Assembly: GCA_041184065.1 (NCBI GenBank) | Contig: JBEGKM010000001.1 | Span: forward strand, 1-53,429 | Source: Actinomycetota bacterium | GTDB taxonomy: Bacteria; Actinomycetota; Actinomycetes; Actinomycetales; Microbacteriaceae | Length of the DNA: 53,429 nt | Reading direction: 5' to 3' | In this document: in pieces, positions 48,532 to 53,429 of the stretch | Layout: each line of letters begins with the position of its first letter | Numbering within the stretch: the stretch's first letter is position 1 | Notes under the pieces: generated by a model | Told to the model about the DNA's origin: nothing | Seen by the model: only the letters and a program-made list of their open reading frames with translations | Databases searched by the model: none | Made by a program: the position numbers and the translations under genes

Positions 48532-49503
48532 ATGTCGGTTGAACCCTGGTCAGTTGATCTGATTGCCCCGAGATATCGAGTAATCACCGACAACGACTAT
48601 TCGGGCGATCCAGACGGCCTGGTTCAACTAGCTCAAGAGCTGCTTAGCCCAAGCACCGACACTGTCGCAGTAATTGGCACCCACCTAAGACTTGGCGACC
48701 CGTGGGGTGCCTCTGATGACACACCTGCCGAAGCCGTGGCTGCTGCCGAAAAAATTGTGGACTTATGTGGTCTGACAGGAAAAGTGCCAGTCCTCAAGGG
48801 TGCGATTCCGCCTTTGGCCGATCGCAAAACTCCCAACGATTCAGCAGGAGTGCAGGCAATCATTCGCGAAGCAATGCGCGATGACACCGATCTTCCACTA
48901 TTGGTGGTTTGCGGCGCCAGCCTGACCGAAATCGCATCAGCCTGGTTGATCGAACCAAGAATTGCCGAGCGATTGACAGTGGTGTGGATTGGCGGTCACG
49001 AGCACACCGGCCTGGCCAAAGCCCCACCAGAGGGCACCGACATGGAGTACAACCTGCACATCGACCCAATTGCTGGTCAGGTTGTTTTTAACGACTCGAA
49101 TTTGAAAATTTGGCAGTTTGCCCGCGACACCTATCGTCAGGTCATGGCAAGTCGAGCCGAACTCTACGTTCGCATGCGAAGTCAAGGAGAACTTGGCCGT
49201 CACCTCTTCGACAGCCTCGGCCAGGTTTCCAACCTGGTTGCCGGATTTGGAATGTCAACCGGAGAGGTTTACATACTCGGCGATAGCCCTCTCGTTCTGG
49301 CTTCGGCTCTGCAGGCAAGTTTTCAGCCCGACACTGCATCGAGCGCATGGGTAACCAAGCCTTGCCCAAACATTCTCGACTCGGGACTCTATGAAGAAAA
49401 CCCCGCAGGCCGAGACCTGCGTGTCTTCACCCGGGTAGATTCTCGACTCTTGCTCGAAGACCTGTATGCCAAACTAGAGATGCATGCGGCCGGTGTTCGC
49501 TAA
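48532..49503 (+). CDS. Nucleoside-hydrolase-like protein (IU-NH fold)
   Basis: N-terminal DNDYSGDPD aspartate cluster, VWIGG, EYN and LGDSP; starts immediately after the GH43 stop. Confidence 0.72.
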   Translation: MSVEPWSVDLIAPRYRVITDNDYSGDPDGLVQLAQELLSPSTDTVAVIGTHLRLGDPWGASDDTPAEAVAAAEKIVDLCGLTGKVPVLKGAIPPLADRKTPNDSAGVQAIIREAMRDDTDLPLLVVCGASLTEIASAWLIEPRIAERLTVVWIGGHEHTGLAKAPPEGTDMEYNLHIDPIAGQVVFNDSNLKIWQFARDTYRQVMASRAELYVRMRSQGELGRHLFDSLGQVSNLVAGFGMSTGEVYILGDSPLVLASALQASFQPDTASSAWVTKPCPNILDSGLYEENPAGRDLRVFTRVDSRLLLEDLYAKLEMHAAGVR

Positions 49504-49565
49504 GCGATACCTGTAAGTTCAATTCCTTGCCGTGTGGCCCATGGCATCAAAGTTAGGCTCGAGAC

Positions 49566-51080
49566 ATGTCTCAACAAAAACCAGCAGATTCTGTCGCGCC
49601 TTCGCAGCCCCCGGTGCTTGAAAAGCTGCCGCACTCGAGCTTCGTCATCATCACAATTTTGCTGGGTGCAGCCTTTGTGACGAACCTCAACGAGACCATT
49701 CTCGGTGTGGCTCTGCCGCAGATCATGGCTGACCTAAACATTCAGCCAAGCACCGGCCAGTGGCTAAACACGGCGTTCTTGCTAACCATGGCCACCATCA
49801 TTCCAACCATGGGTTGGCTGCAACTGCGCTTCAGCACCCGCCGCCTATACGTTTGGGCAACTGCCATTTTCTCGGTTGGAACCCTGGTTGGCGGGCTAGC
49901 CCCAACCTTCGAAATTCTGCTGAGCGCCCGCATTCTTCAGGCGGCCGGCACCGCTGTCATGTTTCCTTTGATGATCACAACCATGATGGTTTTGGTTCCA
50001 ATTAACCTTCGCGGTCGCGTGATGGGAAACATTGGAATCGTGATGTCGGTGGCACCAGCTCTTGGCCCAGCGGTTTCGGGCCTGATTCTCAACTTCTTTG
50101 GTTGGAGATGGTTGTTTTGGCTAATTTTGCCAATCGCCGTTTTTGCTTGCATCGGGGGAGGTCGCAAGATTGTTTCGCTTGGCGATCACGAAAAGGCAAA
50201 GCTAGACATATTCTCGGTTCTGCTTTCAGCGGTTGCATTCGCTGGCCTAATCTATGGCCTGTCAAGCTTTGCCGAGGCTGCTCGAGGCACTGTCGAATTC
50301 TCACCTTGGATTCCAACCCTGATTGGTGCAGGCGTGATGGTCTACTTCGTGCTGCGTCAGTTGCGCCTTGAGAAGCAGGGCAAGGCTTTTCTTGATCTAA
50401 CAATTTTCAAGGTCAAGTCATACGCGGTTTCGCTTGGTCTTATGGCAATCGCCATGCTGTATCTATTTGGCATTGGAATTTTGGTGCCGATCTATGTTCA
50501 GCAGTCGCTTGGCATGACGCCGCTCGAGACCGGCTTTATTCTGTTGCCAGGTGGTTTAGCCATGGGCTTGCTGAGCCCTGTCATTGGGCGGCTGTTCGAC
50601 AAGGTGGGTTCTCGAAAGCTGCTGATTCCAAGCTCATTTGGTGTCTCGGCGGCGATTTGGTACATGGCCACCTTCGATGCGCAAACCAGCTTTGTAGAGG
50701 TTTTGATTGCAAACTCGGCGCTCATGATCTCGCTCGGCTTCATGTTTACACCCCTCTTTTCGGTCTCGATGATGCGGGTTCCAATGCATCAGTATTCGCA
50801 CGGAAGCTCTATCACCGGTGCGACCCAGCAGGTATTCGGTGCCGCGGGCACCGCCTTGTTCATCACAATTCTTACGATTCAGGGCCTGGCTGCCACCAAA
50901 GCGGGCGCTACCGCACAAGAATCGGTTGCTGCCGGCGTTCACGCAGCATTCTTGGTTGGCGCAATAATTTCGGTTGTGGCCGTAGCTATGGCTTTTTGGC
51001 TTGAAGACTCAAAGAAACTGATTGCTCAAGCGGAGGCTGCTGGCGAGGGTGCTCCGATGGCTGCGTCTGGCGCACACTAG
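49566..51080 (+). CDS. DHA2-family MFS efflux transporter (LmrB-like)
   Basis: LNETILGVALP, GQWLNTAFLL, RILQAAG, APALGP and WRWLF; 14-TM-type length. Confidence 0.9.
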   Translation: MSQQKPADSVAPSQPPVLEKLPHSSFVIITILLGAAFVTNLNETILGVALPQIMADLNIQPSTGQWLNTAFLLTMATIIPTMGWLQLRFSTRRLYVWATAIFSVGTLVGGLAPTFEILLSARILQAAGTAVMFPLMITTMMVLVPINLRGRVMGNIGIVMSVAPALGPAVSGLILNFFGWRWLFWLILPIAVFACIGGGRKIVSLGDHEKAKLDIFSVLLSAVAFAGLIYGLSSFAEAARGTVEFSPWIPTLIGAGVMVYFVLRQLRLEKQGKAFLDLTIFKVKSYAVSLGLMAIAMLYLFGIGILVPIYVQQSLGMTPLETGFILLPGGLAMGLLSPVIGRLFDKVGSRKLLIPSSFGVSAAIWYMATFDAQTSFVEVLIANSALMISLGFMFTPLFSVSMMRVPMHQYSHGSSITGATQQVFGAAGTALFITILTIQGLAATKAGATAQESVAAGVHAAFLVGAIISVVAVAMAFWLEDSKKLIAQAEAAGEGAPMAASGAH

Positions 51081-51134
51081 CTCACTTATCGGGTAATTTA
51101 GTAATTCGGTAATCCGAAAGGCTCCCACCTCATA

Positions 51135-52493
51135 ATGAGCAAAATCTTGCGCGTCGCAATCATCGGTGCTGGCCCTGCCGGCATCTATGCGGGTAACATC
51201 TTGGCCAACAAGCACCCAGATGTGGCGATCGATCTGTTTGATACCCTGCCAGCCCCTTATGGCCTGATTCGCTATGGAGTCGCACCGGATCACCCGCGAA
51301 TCAAAGGCATCGTCAACTCACTTCACGAGATGCTAAACGATGGCAAAATTCGTTTCTTTGGCAACGTTACCTTCGGCAAAGACATCACCCTTGCCGACAT
51401 CAAAGACCACTATCACGCGGTTATTTTTGCCACCGGTGCAATCAAAGATGCCCAACTGAACATTCCGGGTGTTGACCTGGATGGCAGCTATGGCGCGGCA
51501 GACTTCGTTTCGTGGTTTGATGGCCACCCCGATGTGCCCCGCACCTGGCCACTCGAGGCCGCGCAGGTTGCAGTTCTTGGCAATGGCAACGTGGCACTCG
51601 ACGTTGCTCGTATGCTGGCCAAGCACGCCGACGACCTTTTGACCACCGACATTCCCGACAACGTCTATGAGGGCCTCAAGGCCTCGCCAGTGACCGATGT
51701 GCACGTGTTTGGTCGCCGTGGCCCGGCCCAAATAAAGTTCACACCAATCGAGCTTCGTGAACTTGGCGAAGTCGAAGACGTCGACATCGTGCTCTACGAC
51801 GAAGACTTTCCTGATGGCTGGTTTGACGAAGACGCAGAAGGTGTGACCAACCAGCACAAGGTTATGGCGCGAGTGATTGAATCTTGGCGTGACCGTGAGC
51901 TAACCGGCGCGAGCCGCCGCCTGCACCTGCATTTCTTCTCGAGCCCAGCCGAAATCATCGGTGATGGCAACGGCAAAGTAGCGGGTATGAAGTTTGAGCG
52001 CACTGAACTGACCGAAAATGGTCAGGTTCGCGGCACCGGCATTTTTGCAAACTACCCACTTCAGGCGGTCTATCGAGCGATTGGTTACTTTGGCAGCGAA
52101 CTGCCTGAAGTACCTTTCGATGACAAATTTGGCGTGATTCGAAACCAGGGTGGACGAGTGGTTGACGACTCGGGTGCCCCTGTTGCCGGGCTCTATGCGA
52201 CTGGCTGGATTAAGCGTGGCCCGGTTGGTTTGATCGGTCACACCAAGAGCGACGCTATGGAGACAATTGAGAACCTCATCGCCGACCTCGATTCGTTGGC
52301 CGACCCAGCTAACGGCGAGCTCGACTCAATGATCAACGAGCTCAAGGCGCGCGGAGTTGAATTCACCGACTGGGCTGGCTGGCTAAAACTAAACCAGCAC
52401 GAGCTTTCACTCGGCGCGGCCTTCGATGGCGTTGAACGTGAACGCGTCAAGGTTGTTGCACGAAACGAACAGGTAGCAATCTCTAACCGCTAG
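51135..52493 (+). CDS. fprA: NADPH-ferredoxin reductase (FprA/adrenodoxin reductase family)
   Basis: GAGPAG, GLIRYGVAPDH, GNGNVALDVAR, GRRGP and GWIKRGPVG. Confidence 0.9.
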   Translation: MSKILRVAIIGAGPAGIYAGNILANKHPDVAIDLFDTLPAPYGLIRYGVAPDHPRIKGIVNSLHEMLNDGKIRFFGNVTFGKDITLADIKDHYHAVIFATGAIKDAQLNIPGVDLDGSYGAADFVSWFDGHPDVPRTWPLEAAQVAVLGNGNVALDVARMLAKHADDLLTTDIPDNVYEGLKASPVTDVHVFGRRGPAQIKFTPIELRELGEVEDVDIVLYDEDFPDGWFDEDAEGVTNQHKVMARVIESWRDRELTGASRRLHLHFFSSPAEIIGDGNGKVAGMKFERTELTENGQVRGTGIFANYPLQAVYRAIGYFGSELPEVPFDDKFGVIRNQGGRVVDDSGAPVAGLYATGWIKRGPVGLIGHTKSDAMETIENLIADLDSLADPANGELDSMINELKARGVEFTDWAGWLKLNQHELSLGAAFDGVERERVKVVARNEQVAISNR

Positions 52494-52515
52494 GGAAGAG
52501 ATCAGAACCTAAAGA

Positions 52516-52545
52516 AAAATCCCTCGGCCTTGACCGAGGGATTTT
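52516..52545. terminator. Bidirectional intrinsic terminator
   Basis: 12-bp stem AAAATCCCTCGG / CCGAGGGATTTT between convergent fprA and DUF3073 genes. Confidence 0.85.
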
Positions 52546-52558
52546 CTAAATATTTAGA

Positions 52559-52777
52559 CTACTTAGACTCTTCGTCTTCTTCGCCGTCTTCATCGTCATA
52601 CATGTCGGCCCATTTGTCTTCGTATTCGGGCTCGGCATCGATGCCGGTTGCGTTTGTGTGGGTCGGTTCGATGTGACCGATCTCTTTTTCAAGCGCGTTT
52701 AGGTCGGTGTTTGGGCTGAAATACTTCAGCTCGCGGGCAACCTTGGTGTGCTTTGCCTTTTGACGGCCACGCCCCAT
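52559..52777 (-). CDS. DUF3073 family conserved actinobacterial protein
   Basis: MGRGRQKAKHTKVARELKY N-terminus and acidic tail. Start moved to ATG 52777. Confidence 0.9.
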   Translation of the reverse strand: MGRGRQKAKHTKVARELKYFSPNTDLNALEKEIGHIEPTHTNATGIDAEPEYEDKWADMYDDEDGEEDEESK

Positions 52778-52861
52778 GGCGAGACCCCCTAACGTTCTCG
52801 GCCGCAAACTACTGCGGGAAAGTCATAGAAGTGTGTTGCAAGAGCAACTGAAAACCTGCGC

Positions 52862-53233
52862 CTATTTTAGCAGAATGGCAGCAAGCCAAAGCCCAAGCAT
52901 CACAGCTGTGCAAACAAAGACCATATTGAGTGCGATGTTGCTAAGACCCTGGGCGATTCGACCACGTCTGAAATAGTCGACCGTTTGGCCAGCAAACGAA
53001 CTGAATGTTGATAGGCCACCGGCTAGCCCAACCACAAGGACGCTCTCAAATTCGACGCTGATGGTTGTCGTGGCGCTCACCGCAAAGGCGGCAACAAGCG
53101 ATGCCACCGTGTTGGCTACCAAGATCCCCCAGGGCAATATTCCAACCCACTTGCCCATCACGAGTCGCAATACGGCTCCTAAGCCTCCGGCCACCATCAC
53201 CGCGACCGCCAGAATTAAGGTTGACCCGCTCAT
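52862..53233 (-). CDS. crcB: Fluoride channel Fluc/CrcB
   Basis: GGLGAVLR, PWGILVAN and GLAGGLSTFSSF. Start moved to ATG 53233 (ATGA overlap). Confidence 0.9.
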   Translation of the reverse strand: MSGSTLILAVAVMVAGGLGAVLRLVMGKWVGILPWGILVANTVASLVAAFAVSATTTISVEFESVLVVGLAGGLSTFSSFAGQTVDYFRRGRIAQGLSNIALNMVFVCTAVMLGLWLAAILLK

Positions 53234-53429
53234 GCTCGACCCCGCCTTTTGGCAGCACGTCTGGCAAGCCAATAGGCATCCAAGCCAAGTACGATTTGCA
53301 AGGCAATCAGGGCGATGCCGGCTCCGCTGAGCTCTTCGGCAATCACCAACCAGATCGCCACACCGCTTAGAGTGGTGAATCCGCCCGCGAACCCAGTTGA
53401 CCAAAATGCCTTGCGAGCATCCGTGGCAA
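53230..53429 (-). CDS. crcB: Fluoride channel Fluc/CrcB, upstream paralogue (C-terminal part only)
   Basis: Not in the ORF track. Manual translation gives ATDARKAFWSTGFAGGFTTLSGV...KRRGRA*, with the stop overlapping the next ATG. Confidence 0.8.
   Translation of the reverse strand, partial: ATDARKAFWSTGFAGGFTTLSGVAIWLVIAEELSGAGIALIALQIVLGLDAYWLARRAAKRRGRA

Noticed and set aside
76-53370. Many short alternative-frame and antisense ORFs in the track (e.g. 4845-5396, 13093-13665, 44437-44958)
   Set aside because: They overlap well-supported genes, lack recognisable motifs and are expected shadow ORFs at this GC content.
4125-53404. Long N-terminal extensions on track ORFs starting at 4125, 6397, 11972, 44453, 52807 and 53404
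   Set aside because: The extensions overlap upstream genes or precede the conserved N-terminus; downstream ATGs with stop/start coupling fit better.
1-53429. Mobile element, prophage, CRISPR array, tRNA or rRNA
   Set aside because: No integrase, transposase or phage ORFs, no spaced repeats and no recognisable structural RNA by eye. Island status remains an untested inference.

Overview
A 53-kb, gene-dense catabolic region from a moderately GC-rich actinobacterium. A Microbacteriaceae (Rhodoluna/Aquiluna-like) origin is inferred from the DUF3073, FprA and actinobacterial RpiB/RhaI-type genes. Four adjacent modules are visible. (1) 1-15184: an aromatic ring-cleavage cluster (cupin, FAD monooxygenase, two NodD-like LysR regulators, extradiol dioxygenase, SDR, bicovalent-FAD oxidase, divergent RpiB, ABM, FAH, aldehyde dehydrogenase). 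Its family content matches the fde flavonoid-degradation cluster, and it is followed by a sugar ABC importer and a GH78 alpha-L-rhamnosidase. (2) 15227-25478: a syntenic cre-type, phosphorylation-initiated alkylphenol oxidation operon (IclR, P450, split PEP-synthase-like kinase, SDR, ferredoxin and reductase, ALDH) with two HD phosphohydrolases. (3) 26465-37115: an L-rhamnose operon with a second GH78, LldD and an esterase; its rhamnulokinase lacks the catalytic HDT motif. (4) 37159-49503: a TetR-linked family-5 ABC importer with GH1, GH3, GH43 and a nucleoside-hydrolase-like gene. The window ends in an MFS, fprA, DUF3073 and a crcB pair. My best overall reading, which is inference, is an integrated system for importing and dismantling plant flavonoid/phenolic glycosides. 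No RNA genes, CRISPR arrays, integrases or transposases were recognised. All family calls come from motif recognition, not database searches.
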